Shown: positions 28,857 to 42,104 of the stretch, one piece after another
Layout: the number at the start of each line of letters is the position of its first letter
Numbering within the stretch: the stretch's first letter is position 1
Assembly (NCBI GenBank): GCA_964016885.1
Contig: OZ024754.1
Span: 23,126,001-23,190,000, forward strand
Reading direction: 5' to 3'
DNA: 64,000 bases
Origin: Eledone cirrhosa
Lineage: Eukaryota
Made by a program: the position numbers and the translations under genes
Notes under the pieces: generated by a model
Seen by the model: the letters and a program-made list of their open reading frames with translations, nothing else
Told to the model about the DNA's origin: nothing
The model's database searches: none

Positions 28857-29283
28857 CCTGTGTCAGTGTTGAACAAAAAGGTGACGTGGTTGCCTTAACA
28901 CCGTATGGCATAAATTCAGGCTGTTCAGTTTGTTTACAAACGAACAAAGCGACGTTATAATAAGCGCCGCTAAACTGATACGTGCATATATGTATGTGTA
29001 CCTGTATGCATATGTATGTATATATGTATATATATATATATATGTGCATGCTACTGTACGTCTGTATACATATATGTATGTACGTATACATGCATACTTA
29101 CATTTAAGTAAGTGCCATACTAAGAGTGAGAAATGAAATTTCGTTTTCATTTTGTTTCAATTTATCGTTTTCGGTATGCCTGACCGATTTAACTCACTCA
29201 ATATGCAAATTAGGCTGCTCAGCCGTTAATTTTCATAAGGAAAGTATATACTTTCGAACGTTCAACTATCTGGCAGATGGGTA

Positions 29284-29328
29284 AACGGTGCTGATGATAG
29301 CTAACAAGCTTGAAACTAGTACATCGTT
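29284..29328 (+). ncRNA. Type I hammerhead, array unit 4
   Basis: Identical to 27868-27912. Confidence 0.9.
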
Positions 29329-29568
29329 CCTGTGTCAGTGTTGAACAAAAAGGTGACGTGGTTGCCTTAACACCGTATGGCATAAATTCAGGCTGTTCAG
29401 TTTGTTTACAAACGAACAAAGCGACGTTATAATAAGCGCCGCTAAACTGATACGTGCATATATGTATGTGTACCTGTATGCATATGTATGTATATATGTA
29501 TATATATATATATATGTGCATGCTACTGTACGTCTGTATACATATATGTATGTACGTATACATGCATA

Positions 29569-29646
<78 letters not shown>

Positions 29647-29680
29647 TATATATATGTATATATGTATATGTATATACATA

Positions 29681-29858
29681 TGGTGGCTGCCAACTCGTTT
29701 TCGAGTCGTGAAGCTTTTATAGTGAGCAAAGGCACTGCACAAAGCCAGTCTCACTCTCTTAACCAAGATGATATTTACCAAAAAGAAGAACAAGTCAACA
29801 TCATTGGATACCATCAGGGTTGCAGGTGTTATCTCAGAGTTTTCCTTCTCCTGGAATT
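29681..29858 (-). mobile_element. Fragment related to the putative RTE 5' UTR at 30975-31140
   Basis: Shares AGGAGAAGG, ATGATGTTGA...TTCTTCTTTT and AGAGAGTGAGA.TGGCT..GTGCA blocks. Confidence 0.55.
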
Positions 29859-29861
29859 ATG

Positions 29862-29924
<63 letters not shown>

Positions 29925-30361
29925 CACTGTCCCCCGCCATCACAATAACGTCTACACTCTCTCCCCACCATCACATGTCATTACCCTATCTAGACTAGAG
30001 TCATCGACCTGTTGTCAAACTCTACTCTGTGTTGAATGTGTATATATGTATATATATATGTATGTATATGTGTGTATATACATCAATCAGTCAAACGACC
30101 AGATTTCAACCCCAACATCTACAACAATACCGGCACTAATGTTTACAGCAACAACAGCTTCAGAATGAATTGAAATGAACATTTACAACAATAACAACAA
30201 CAACAGCCGCATCAAACTTTAAAAAAAAACCCCACAATCAAACAAAAAAACTCAAAATAACAAAACACACACACACACAACACAACAACAACATCAACTG
30301 CCACCACCACCACCACCGCCATCACCATCACCAGCGACCGGGCCTTAAGAAAACAACTTTA

Positions 30362-30520
30362 ATAATAATAATTTTTCTGCTTTTGGCACGGATCCAGCGA
30401 CTGGTCCAGCGCATTACTGGTACTCTCTTTTGTTGACTCCGTGGGGATGAAAGGCAAGGTTGACTTCGGCGGGATTTAAGCTCAGAGCGTGGAGAGCCAT
30501 AACTCTATGCTGTAAAGCAA
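30362..30520 (-). mobile_element. Diverged SINE copy
   Basis: Similar to 20678-20830 (TTTTGGCAC...CATTACTGGTACT...GGATGAAAGGCAA.GTT.AC.TCGGCGGGATTT). Confidence 0.75.
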
Positions 30521-30620
30521 TTATAATAATACTGGACTGTAATACGAACGGCTTCAACTATACAAACTCTTGAAAGTCAACAGTTGACATAATCTTGTAA
30601 TCTTGTATCAGTAATGACGG

Positions 30621-30746
<126 letters not shown>

Positions 30747-30889
30747 AAGTGAGTAGCGTGTGTGTGTTTGTTTGTATGTATGAGTGTTGCTGTGTGCGCG
30801 CGTATGTATGCGTGTGTGTGCGCGCGTATGTATGCGCGTGTGTGTATGTCGTACGTATAAGTGTAATTTTTTTAATTTTTTTTGCGCGC

Positions 30890-31170
30890 GGGGACAGAAA
30901 TAATCGGGCTGGATGCCCGATCGCGCAGTTAAACCACTGGGAGTGAAGAACCCCTAGCCCTTGTCAGGGCATTCTTCTAGGAGAAGGCATCTCAGGAAAC
31001 TGGGTTAACTCCGACATAAAACCTGCGGCTCAGTAGTTACCGATGATGTTGATCTTTTCTTCTTTTCGGGTTATAGCTACTGTCGCTCAGAGAGTGAGAT
31101 TGGCTCAGTGCACAGTCTTTCCTCACTTTAAAAATATTCGTCACGCACAGGCATTGCACGAGTGTATTAA
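30890..31170 (+). mobile_element. Probable RTE LINE 5' UTR segment
   Basis: TCAGGGCA...CTAGGAGAAGG motif of the kind I recall from RTE 5' regions. Same orientation as, and upstream of, the RTE ORF. Confidence 0.45.
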
Positions 31171-31184
31171 TAATTATTAATAGT

Positions 31185-31218
<34 letters not shown>

Positions 31219-31220
<2 letters not shown>

Positions 31221-32846
31221 CTTGAATCTCAGTCATTGATGTTGGTTAACTGGAAAGTCCGTTGGATTGAATATCAAGCCACTACCTGCAGCCTCAGATA
31301 TTCAGGACGTATCGGAGGGTTCTTGCCGTTCCAAGCAAGCATGCCTTTTGAAGCGTTCCAAAAAGCGTGAAGGGGCCGATTTTCTTTAACCATCCCTGGA
31401 AACCTTTGGAGATAGTCCCCAGTGCGCCTATGACAATCGGGATCACTTTGACTTCATGGCAGTTCCAAATCCTTTTCACCTCCCACTTTAGGTCCTGGTA
31501 TCGGTTAATTTTCTCCCTCTCCTTCTCTTGCACTCTCGTGTCGAACGGGCAGGCCACATCCACAATCAGGCACGATCTTTTTTCTTTGTCCACAACCACC
31601 AGGTCAGGTCTATTGTGTTCCAGTTTTTTGTCCGTCTGTATCCTAAAATCCCACAGCACCTTCACCTGACTGTTCTCCATCACCGCCTCTGGCCTATGCT
31701 CATACTATTTCTCAGAATGTGGTAGATTGTTTACTTTGCACAGGTGCTAGTGGATCACCCTGCCCATCACATCGTGTCTCCAGCCCTTATAGTGGGTCTG
31801 GGCTAGGTGTTTACACTCGGATACAATGTGAGCCACAGTCTCCTCTCTCTCTCCACAGATCCTGCACAGTGGGCTAGCCTCCTCCTTGTAGATATGGTGC
31901 TTCAACCACTTCGTTTTGAGGGCCTGCTCCTGCGCAGCCATTAGCATTCCTTCTGTAGCCTTTTTGAGGTCTCCTCTTCTCAACCAGTTCCATGTCTGTG
32001 GATCTCTAAATTCAGTTTTCTCAAAGAAGGTACTATGAAGGGATTTTCCCTTAAGGCTGCTCTTCCTCCTTGATGTTATTTCCTCCTTGGATATCCCCTG
32101 GCCTACTGTCCCCTCCTTCAGTACAGCTCTGAGCATTGGCTCCTTACTATAGGTCACGTATTTGTATAGGTTGTTTTTCTCCATCTGAACACAGTCCTCT
32201 ATGCTGATAAGACCTCTTCCACCCTCAGATCTCCTTAGGTAGAGTCTATCGACATCACTCCTCTTGTGGAACATGTTGTAGATAGTCAATAGCTTCCTAG
32301 TCTTCCTATCCATTTCTTTTTGTTCAGCAACATTCCATCTCAGAATTCCCGCACTGTACCTAATAATAGACACAGCTCGGGAATTTACTGCGCTTATGGT
32401 ATTTCTGCTGTTCAGATGTGACTTCAATACGCTCCTTACTCTCCGAATGTATTCAGTTCTTAACAATTCCTTCATTTTTTTGTTCTTTATGCCATCAGCC
32501 TCCAGAACGCCCAAATACTTGTATCCTTCCTCAGAGTCAATTTCCTTTATCATCTCACCTGTTGGTATCTGGATCCCGTTACTTCTGCTCAACCTACCCC
32601 TCCTCATCACAATGACTCCACATTTACCAATACCAAACTGCATACATATATCACTGCTGAAAATACGGACAGTGTCAACAAGCACATCCAACTCCTTCTC
32701 ACTTTTCCCGAAGAGCTTAAGATCGTCCATGAAGAGGAGGTGATTGATGGTAAGCTCTCCCCTTCCCAACTTGTATCCTGCTCTCACTTTTCGCAGCATA
32801 ATGGTCAAGGGCATCAGGACAAGGACAAACAACAGAGGGGACAGGC
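31219..32846 (-). mobile_element. 5'-truncated R4/Dong-type non-LTR retrotransposon (RT, CCHC, restriction-like endonuclease)
   Basis: SLSPLLF, HLLFMDDLKL, YKYLG, CRIC...ETVAHIVSEC, RHD, RPDLVV...VDVACP...KINRYQDL. One in-frame TAG at 31747. (TAA)n on both flanks. Confidence 0.92.
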
Positions 32847-32896
<50 letters not shown>

Positions 32897-33049
32897 CTTT
32901 TTTTTTTTTTTTCAAATTCAATGATGTTCCAGAAGAATATAAAAGAGATAATTGCCAATTTAGATTCTGGAACAAAAAAGATAATTGGCAATAAGGGCAG
33001 GAGCCCCAGGTTATCACAGCCTGGGCCCGCTCGTCATCGTGCCATTGTA

Positions 33050-34590
33050 ATAGAGCCAAACAAGGCATTTAGTCTTGGCTGCTGGAACGTACGGACGCTG
33101 CTTGACTGGGATTCCTTGGAGCGTCCTGAACGAAGGACCGCTTTTGTTGCAAAGGAGCTTCGACGTTACGATCTTGACATCGTGGCTTTATCTGAGACGA
33201 GGTGAGCTGGAGATGGTCATCTTACGGAATTTTGTGGAGAATATACATTCTTCTGGAAAGGAAGAGATAAAGGAACCAGAAGAGAGGCTGGGGTAGGATT
33301 TGCTGTTAAGACTGTTCTTGTGAATAAATTAGAAGAATTCCCAGTAGGGATTAGTGAGCGTCTTATGTCCATGAGAATTCCGCTGGACAAAGGAAGATAT
33401 GCGACCCTGGTGAGTGTGTATGCTCCAACTATGAATTCTGTCGATGAAGAAAAAGTGTCCTTTTCCCATGCCTTGAAAGGTGTTTTAAGAAATATCCCTC
33501 AGGCAAACAAAGTCATCGTGCTTGGTGACTTTAATGCTAGAATGGTAGGGATTTTAACACATGGAATGTAATCAGAAGGCATGGGGTGGGAAAGTGTAAC
33601 AACAATGGTATGCTCCTGCTACAGATGTGTGAAGAGCTGGATCTGTGTGTTACCAACACCATGTTCCAACAAAAGAACAAATTCAAGACCACATGGATGC
33701 GTGACAGACAGGATGTGCAGTGTGTTCGTGCTCTTCGTGGAGCTGAATGCTGGATGGACCACCGCCTGGTACGCGCAAAAGTGAAACTAATCACTAAACG
33801 TAAAATCCGGGCTCTTGGTGTTGCCCTGCCCAAAATATTGAATGCTGCTCGTCTTAAGGATAAAAATGTGAAGAGGACATTGGAAGAAGAGATGCAGGCT
33901 GCAGATCTTGGTGAGGATTGGCCGACCCTTAAAAAGTCGGTTTATGATGTAGGCAGGCGTGTTCTGGGATTGGTGCAGAGAAAATATCAGGACTGGTTTA
34001 ATGAGAATGATGTACATATAGAAGACTTGTTGGCTGATAAGAGGCGTGCTCTGTCACGCTACTTGACGGCAAAACCACAGGAGAGGAATACGTTGCATGA
34101 GGAACTCAAGGATGTAAAATCACGTGTTAGGCGGAGTCTTTCTCAGATGAAGGATCAGTGGTGGAGTGAGAAGGCTGGTGAGATACAAACTGCGTCAGAT
34201 TCCAATAACACAAAGCTGTTGTACAGTCTCTTGCGTGAGGTTTATGGACCGTCTTCTTCTCTGGTGACACCGCTTCGCAGCAAGGATGGCAAAGAACTTC
34301 TTCGTGACTCACAAGGAATTCTACGAAGGTGGCGAGAGCATTTTGATGATCTTTTGAATCAGCCGTCTGTCGTCAGTAAAGATTTCCTCAATCTCATTCC
34401 AGAAAGTCCTGTGAAAGTAGCTCTCGCAGAACCTCCGACGCTTGTGGAGGTTGCAGTGGCTATCTCGAAGCTGAACAGTGGGAGGTCTCCAGGTATGGAT
34501 GGCATACATGCTGAGCTCCTACAATATGGTGGTGAGAGACTCCTGCAACATCTTCACTATTTGTTTGGCAGGATATGGGCTAATGATATT
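33050..34590 (+). mobile_element. RTE-clade LINE ORF (AP endonuclease + linker), disrupted and 3'-truncated
   Basis: GCWNVRTL, DIVALSETR, GVGFAV, SERLMSMR, SVYAPT, LGDFNAR, DHRLV, WREHFDDLLN, SPGMDGIHAE. Has a stop and frameshifts, and breaks off before the RT core. Confidence 0.92.
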
Positions 34591-36100
34591 GATTCTTTTT
34601 CGAAAAACCTAAAAAGATTTGATAAATGTAAAAAATTCAATCTTTAACGAAAAACGTAAAAATATTAATCTGCAAAATATTTCAATTTTTGAAATCAGAA
34701 GTAAATATTTCATTCTTTGGCATTTCTTAAATTATATACCTCTGATTTCAGACATTGATCGTTTTAGGTTTTTCGAAAAAGAATCATTTTGCGTTCACAA
34801 ACTGATTTTTTTACATTTTTCGAAATATTTATTTCTGGTTTCGAAAATTGATTTTTTTTTAGGTTTTTCGAAAAAGTTTCTACATATTTCGTTGGTGAAA
34901 TAAATTGCATCAGTTTGACTTTTTAGGTTTTTCAAAAAGAATGAATATGCGTTCATGAATTGAATTTTCTACATATTTCTACATATTGAATTTTCGAAAT
35001 ATTTACTTCTGCTTTTACAGATTAATTTTTTTAGATTGATTTTTTTTGCATTTTTTGAAGAAATTTTGATTTCTTAAATTAATTTTTTATGGTTTCTCGA
35101 AAAAGAATGAATATGCGTTCACATTGATTTTTTTATAGATTAATTTTTTTACGTTTTCCGTTGAAAAGTCAATCTTAGTTCATACAATGCAACAGGTTGA
35201 TTCTTTTTCATTACATTGATTTCCTTACGAATTTTTAAAAAATGAATATGCGTTCATAGAACTTCTTATTTGTGCTTTTGCATGTTTCGAAATATTTACT
35301 TCTGCTTTTTCAGATTAAGTGAATCTGCGTTCCCAGATTTATTTTTTTGTATTTTTCGAAAAAGAATCAATGTGCGTCCACACATTGATTTTTTTAACAT
35401 TTTAAGAAATATTTACTTCTGAGTTTAGAATTTGATTTTTTGGCATTTTAAAAATTATTTAAAGTACTTTAGAGATTGCTCGGAAAAGACTCAGTATGCG
35501 TTCATAGATTGATTTTTTACACTTTTCGAAATATTTCGAAGTATTTCGAAATATTTCAAAAATTGATTTTTTTAGGTTTTTCGAAAAAGAATGAATATGC
35601 GTTCACAGATTGATTTTTTTACATATTTCGTTGGTAAATAAATCTGCTTGCATCAGGTTGATTACATTACAGATTAATTTTTTTACGTTTTTCATTAAAA
35701 GGTTTATCCCCCACTAACACCACTAACACACTCTAACAATGCTAACACCCCCACCCCACCCCGGCCACCCTCCCCAACTAACAATACTAACATCCCCACC
35801 CTATCACGCACACACCCACCTGTACACGCACTCACACTAACCCTAACCCTAACCCTAACCCTAATCCCCATTCCAAGCCTTCGACTGATTCTTTTTCGAA
35901 AAGCCTAAAAAAATCAATCTGTAAAATCAGAAGTAAATATTTCGCAAAATGATTTTTTTGGTTTTTCGAAAAATATTCAAAAATTGATTTTTTTAGGTTT
36001 TTCGAAAAAGAATGAATATGCGTTCACAGATTGATTTTTTTACATATTTCGTTGGTAAATAAATCTGCTTGATTTTTTTACATTTTTCGTTAAAAAGTCA
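34590..36100. repeat. AT-rich degenerate satellite (TTTTCGAAAA / GAATATGCGTTCACAGATTGATTTTT)
   Basis: Motifs recur many times. Interrupted at 35700-35880 by C/A-rich sequence and a short CCCTAA run. ~35555-35830 is duplicated at ~35975-36265. Confidence 0.8.
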
Positions 36101-36769
36101 TATCCCCCACTAACACCACTAAAACACTCCTCCTTTTCACCACCCACCCCCTTGGCCCACCCCACAACTAACAATACTAACAACCCCACCCCACCCCGGC
36201 CACCCTCCCCAACTAACAATACTAACATCTCCACCCTATCACACACACACCCACCTGTACATATATACACGCACTCACACTATGCACACACCCTACTACC
36301 ACCACTAACCCTCACCCACACATCCACTCCAACCACCCCACAACTAATACCACTAACATCCCCCCGACCCCACGTACACGAACACACATCTTCCCACCCA
36401 CACCCACTTACACCACCCACTCTACACACCCTACCCCACTGACCCCCACTAACACACTGATCCAAACACGCACACACACTCACCACACACACACACTCAT
36501 CCAAACACGCACACACACACCAGTATACTACACTCCCTCCACCGTCCCCCACACCTTTTCTCTCCCTATCCCTCTCCCCGCTCCACCCACACCCCTTCAC
36601 ACACACAGACATCCCACTAACAACTCTACTAATACACACCACATCCCCCCACATGATCCCCTCCCCACTCAAACTTTCACACCTACCAAGCCTCTCCTCT
36701 TACCACAGCACCTCCGCACACACAGACACACTGACTATCTCCACCTGCCATTCTCCTCTACTTCTGCTA

Positions 36770-37003
36770 TGCCAACCCTAACCCTAATCCTAACCCTAAC
36801 CCAAACCCAAACACAAAACCTAACCCTAACCCTAACACTAACCCTAACACTAACCCTAACCCTAACCCTAACTATAATCCTAACCCTAACTGTAATCCTA
36901 ACCCTACCCCAAACCCTAACCCTAAACCTAACACAAACCCTAACCCTAACCCAAACCCTAACCCTAACCCTAACCCAAACCCAAACCCTAACCTAACCCT
37001 AAC
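36770..37003 (-). repeat. Degenerate telomeric repeat (CCCTAA)n
   Basis: Read directly. Confidence 0.95.
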
Positions 37004-40000
37004 CTGCGTTCTTTCTCGCGATCGACGCGGGCAGGTGGGGACGACTGCGCATAGGGTTAGCCGGCACGTTCCCGTCTTGAAAACAAGATTCCCAAGCAGC
37101 AACGGATCGCACCCATAACCGTTTTCTTCGAGCTCGTCGGATCAAGCTTACCCTATATAATACAGAGAACCCTCTGACCGCGTTGCACAGGCCGTGAGCG
37201 GTCGCTTTCCCCGGCGCCTACTAGCAAACTTACAGGTCGGCGGCGGAACCACACGCCGGGGGGTTGCTTTCTATTATATAGGTTACGGGTGCGATCCGTT
37301 GCGGCTTGGGAATCTTCCGTTTTCAAGACGGGTACGTGCCGGCTTACCCTATGCGCTGTCGGCTGGCTCCGTCTCGAACGAGCTGCCGACCAGTACTCGT
37401 GGGCCCCGCCTACACGTTAAGGCCCACCTTCCGCCTCCGCTGCCGAAGATGCGTGCCGAGTCCGCCGCCGCCGACCCGTGTGCTTGCGCGTCGCTGCCGG
37501 GGAATCCAGCCGACGACGCCCGAAAGGCGGATTGGTGTAGCTTAGTCGACGACGACGATACGCCGCCATCGAGCCTCCTTCCGCCCGGCGGCTGGTAAAC
37601 GTTCTCTTGATCGTCCCCGCATCCCTCGCGAGAAAGAACGCAACCCGCCGACGAGGCGGTTCCGCCGCCGACCCGTAAGGTTGCGAGTAGGCGCCGGGGA
37701 AACCGACCGCTCACGGCCTTTGCAGCGCGGCCAGGGGTTCTGTCTATTATATAGAGTAAGCTTGATCGGACCTGTGTGCTTGCACGTCGCTGCCCGGGAA
37801 TCCAGCCGACGACGCCCGAACGGCGGCGTGGTGTAGCTTCGACGACGACGCGCCGCCATCTTAGCCTCCTTCGGCGAAGCCCCATGTAGACGGCGGTAAG
37901 GAATCCAACCCGACGGCTAGGCGGTTCCGCCGCCGACCCGTACGCTTGTGAGTCGTTGCCGGGAAAGGGAGGCGGCAAGGCGGCGTGAATACGCGACACA
38001 ACGCCGCCTTCCGCCTTACGCCCGGTAAACGTGCCCTTGATCGTCACCGCCTGCCCGCGTCGATCGAGAGAGAGAACGCAACCCGTCGGCGAGGTGGTTC
38101 CGCCGCCTACCCATAAGGTTGCGAGTATGCGCCGGAGAAAGCGACCGCTCACCGCCTTTGCAGCGCGGCCAGAGGGTTCTGTCTATTATATAGGGTAAGC
38201 TCGAAGAAAACAGTTACGTGTGCGATCCGTTGTTGCTTGGGAATCTTCCGTTTTCAAGACGGATATGTGCCGGCTTACCCTATGCGCAGTCGGCTGTCTC
38301 CGTCTCGAACGAGATACCGACCACTACTCGTCCGCCCCGCCTGCACGTTAACGTGTGCCCTCGCCTCCGCCGTGTCTTTCGCTGACGATGCGTGTTCCAC
38401 CGACGATGCGTGCCGAGTCCGCCGCCGCCGACCCGTGTGCTTGCATGTCGCTGCCGGCAATGCAGCCGACGACGCCCAAAAGGTGGCATGGTGTAGCTTC
38501 GACGACGACGATGACACGCCGCCATCTAGCCTAATTTGGCGAGGCCTCGTGTAGACGGCAGAAAGGAATCATACCCGACGGCTAGGCGGGTCCGCCGCGG
38601 ACCCGTACGTTTCCGAGTCGCTGCCGGGAAAGGCAGGTGGCAAGGTGGCGTGTATACGCGACACCACGCCGCCTTCCACCTTCCGCCCAGCGGCTGGTAA
38701 ATGTTCTCTTGATCGTCCCTGCGTCCTCCGCGATAAAGAACGCAACCCGCCGGCGAGGCGGATCAGCCGCCGACCCGTAAGGTTGTGAGTAGGCGCCCGG
38801 GAAACCGAGCGCTCACGGCCTTTGCAGCGCGGCCTGGGGGTTCTGTCTATTATATAGGGTAAGCTTGATCGGAAGAGCTCGAAAAAAACGGTTACGAGTG
38901 CGATCCGTTGCGGCTTGGGAATCTTCCGTTTTCAAGACGGATATGTGCCGTCTTACCCTATGCGCTGTCGGCAGTCTCCGTCTCGAACGAGATGCCGACC
39001 TGTACTCGTCCGCCCCGCCTTTCCGTTAACGACGCCCTCCGCCTTTGTCGCGTCTTTCGCCGCCGATGCTTGTTCCACCGTCGATCCGTGCCGAGACAGC
39101 CGCCGCCGGCCCGTGCGCTTGCAGTCGCTGCCGGAAAATCCAGCCGACGACGCCCGAACGGCGGCGTGGTGTAGTTTCGACGAAAACGACGACACGCCGG
39201 CATCTAGCCTCCTTTGGCGAGGTCCCGTGTAGACCGCGGAAAGGATTCCAAACCGACGGCTTGGCGGTTCCACCGCCGACCCGTACTCTTGCTAGTCGCT
39301 GCTGGGAAAGGCAGGAAGCAAGGCGGCGTGTATACGCGACATAACGCCGCCTTCCGCCTTCCGCTCGGTAAACGTTCTCTTGATCGTCCCCGCCTCCATG
39401 CGTCGATCGCGAGAAAGAACGCAACCCGCCGACTCGTAAGGTTGGGAGTAGGCGCCGGAGAAACCGACCGCTCACGGCCTTTGCCGCGCGGCCAGAGTAT
39501 TCTGACTATTATATAGGGTAAGCTTGATTCGACGAGCTCGAAGAAAACGGTTACGAGTGCGATCCGTTGCTGCTTGGGAATCTTCCATTTTCAAGACGGG
39601 TACGTGCCGGCTTACCCTTCACGATTTCGGCTGGCTCCCTTTCGAACGAGATGCCGACCAGTAGTCATCCGCACCGACTGCACGTTAACGCCCGTCCCCC
39701 GCCTCCGCCGCGTCTTTCGACGCCGATGCGTGTTACACCGACGATGCGTGCCGAGTCTGCCGCCGCCGACCCCTGTGATTGCACGTCGCTGCCGGGAATC
39801 CAGCCGACGACGCCCGAACGGCGGCGTCGTGTAGCTTCGACGACGACACGGCGCCATCTAGACTCCTTCGGCGAGGCCCCGTGTAGACCTCGGTAAGGAA
39901 TCCAACCCGACGGCTAGGCGGTTCCGCCTCCGACCCGTACGCTTGCGAGTCGTTGCTGGGAAAGCAGGCTCCAAGGCAGCGTGTATACGCGACACAACGC

Positions 40001-42050
40001 CGGCTTCCGCCTTCTGCCGGGGAAACCGAGAGCTCACGGCCTTTGCAGCGCGGCCCGGGGGTTCTGTTCTAATATATAGGGTAAGCTTGATCGGATCAGC
40101 TCGAAGAAAACGGTTACGGGTGCGATCCGTTGCGGCTTGGGAATCTTCCGTTTTCAAGACGGGTACGTGCCGGCTTACCCTAAGCGCTGTCGGCTGTCTC
40201 CCTCTTGAACGAGCTGCCGACCAGTACTCGTCCGCCCCGTCTGCACGTTAACGCCCGTCCTCCGCGTCCGCCGCGTATTGTGCCGCCGATGCGTGTTCCT
40301 CCGCCGACCCGTGTGCTTGCACGTAGCTGCCTGGGAATCCAGCCGATGACGACGCCCGAACGGCGGCGTGTGGTAGTTTCGACGCCGACGATGACACCCT
40401 GCCATCTAGCCACCATCGGGAAGGCCTCGTGTAGACAGCGGAAAGGAATCCAACCCGCTGGCTAGGCATTTCCGCCGCTGACCCGTACGCTTGCGAGTCG
40501 CTGCCGGGAAAGGCAGGTGGCAAGGCGGCGTGTATACGCGACACGACGCCGCCTTCCGCCCGGGAAACGTACCCTTGATCGTCCCCGCCTGCCTGCGTCG
40601 ATAGGGTAAGCTTGATCCGAGAGCTCGAAGAAAACTGTTACGGGTGCGATCCGTTGCTGCTTGGCAATCTTCCGTTTTCAAGACGGGTACGTGCCGGCTT
40701 ACCCTATTTTGTTGTCGGCTGTCTCCGTCTCAAACGAGCTGCCGACCAGTACTCGTCCGCCCCGTCTGCACGCTAACGCCCGTCCGCCGCCTCCGCCGCG
40801 TCTTCCAACGACGACGCCCGAACGGCGGCGTGGTGTAGCTTCGACGACGACGACGACACGCCGCCATCTAGCCTCCTTCGGCGAGGCCCCGTGTACTCGG
40901 CGGAAAGAAATCCAACCCGGCGGCTGGCCAGTTCCGCCGCCGACTCGTACGCTTGCGAGTCGCTGATGGGAAAGGCAAGCGGCAAGGCGTCGTGTGCACG
41001 CAACACGACGCCGCCCACCGCCTTCCGCCCGTAAACGTTCCCTTGATCGTCCCCGCCTCCCCGCGTTAATCGCGAGAAAGACCGCAACTCGCCGGCGAGG
41101 CGGTTCCGCCGCCGATTAGTAAGTTTGCGAGTAGCCACAGGGAAAACCGACCGCTCACGGCCTTTGCAGCGTGTCCAGGGGGTTCTGTCTATTATATAGG
41201 GTAAGCTTGATCGGACATGCTCGAAGAAAACGGTTACAGGTGCGATCCGTTGCGTGTTCCACCGACGATGCGTGCCGAGCCCGCTGCCGCCGACCCGTGT
41301 GCTTGCACTTCGCTGCCGGGGAATCCAGCCGACGCCGCCCAAACGGCGGAGTGGTGTAGCTTCGACGACAACGACGACACGCCGCCATCTAGCCTCCTTC
41401 GGGGAGGCCCCGTGTAGATGGCGGGAAGGAATCCAATCCGCCGGCTAGGCGTTTCCGTCACCGACCCGTACGCTTGCGAGTCGCGTCCGGGAAAGGCAGG
41501 CAGCAAGGCGTGTATACGCGACACGAGGCCGCCCTCCGCCTTCCGCCCGAGCTTGAAGAAAACGGTTACGGGTGCTATCCGTTGCGGCTTGTGAATATTC
41601 CGTTTTCAAGACGGGTACATGCCGGCTTACCCTATGCGATGTCTGCTCTCTCCGTCTTGAACGAGCTGCCGACCAGTACTCGTCCGCCCCGCCTGCACGT
41701 TAATGCCCGCCCTCCGCCCCCGCCCGCCTGCCGCCGCCGATGCGTGTTCCGCCGATGATGCGTGCCGAGTCGGCCACCGCCGACACGTGTGGCTGCCGGG
41801 GAATCCAGCCGACAACGACGCCCGAACGGCGAAGTGGTGTAGCTTCGCCGACGACACACCGCCTTCTTTCTCTCTAGCCATTCAAGGCCCCGCGTCGTCA
41901 GCGGGACAGAAAGCCAACCCGCCGTCTAGGCGGTTCCGCAGCCGACCCGTGGCCGGCGGATCGCCCTCGGGGGATAAGCGACGATCGCGGTGGCTGCAGC
42001 GCGGCCAGGGGGTCTTGTCTATTATATAGGGTAACCCCGGTCGGACGAGC
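37004..42050 (+). repeat. GC-rich rDNA intergenic spacer-type repeats, ~660-bp unit, decayed
   Basis: TCTATTATATAGGGTAAGCTT recurs near 38187, 38851, 39510, 40073, 41193, 42023. The first ~200 bp is inverted. Directly precedes the 18S fragment. Confidence 0.85.
42010..42045 (+). promoter_or_regulatory. Putative Pol I transcription start (TATATAGGG)
   Basis: Last copy of the motif before the 18S, with downstream sequence that departs from the spacer copies. Matches the plant/arthropod-type rRNA initiation motif. Function is inferred. Confidence 0.45.
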
Positions 42051-42104
42051 TCAGTGAACGGAAGGATCCAGAAACCTCCGAACTACCTCCCGTGAACGAA
42101 CCAA

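Larger units (their letters stand above)
27482..29572 (+). repeat. 472-bp tandem array, ~4.4 near-identical units, retrozyme-like
   Basis: Exact 472 offset between units. Inverted stub 27391-27457 precedes the array. (TA)n on both flanks. Confidence 0.95.

Noticed and set aside
27803-29563. Repeated 114-aa and 95-aa ORFs in the 472-bp array
   Set aside because: Low complexity, no recognisable domain, and antisense to the ribozyme. The repetition only reflects the array.
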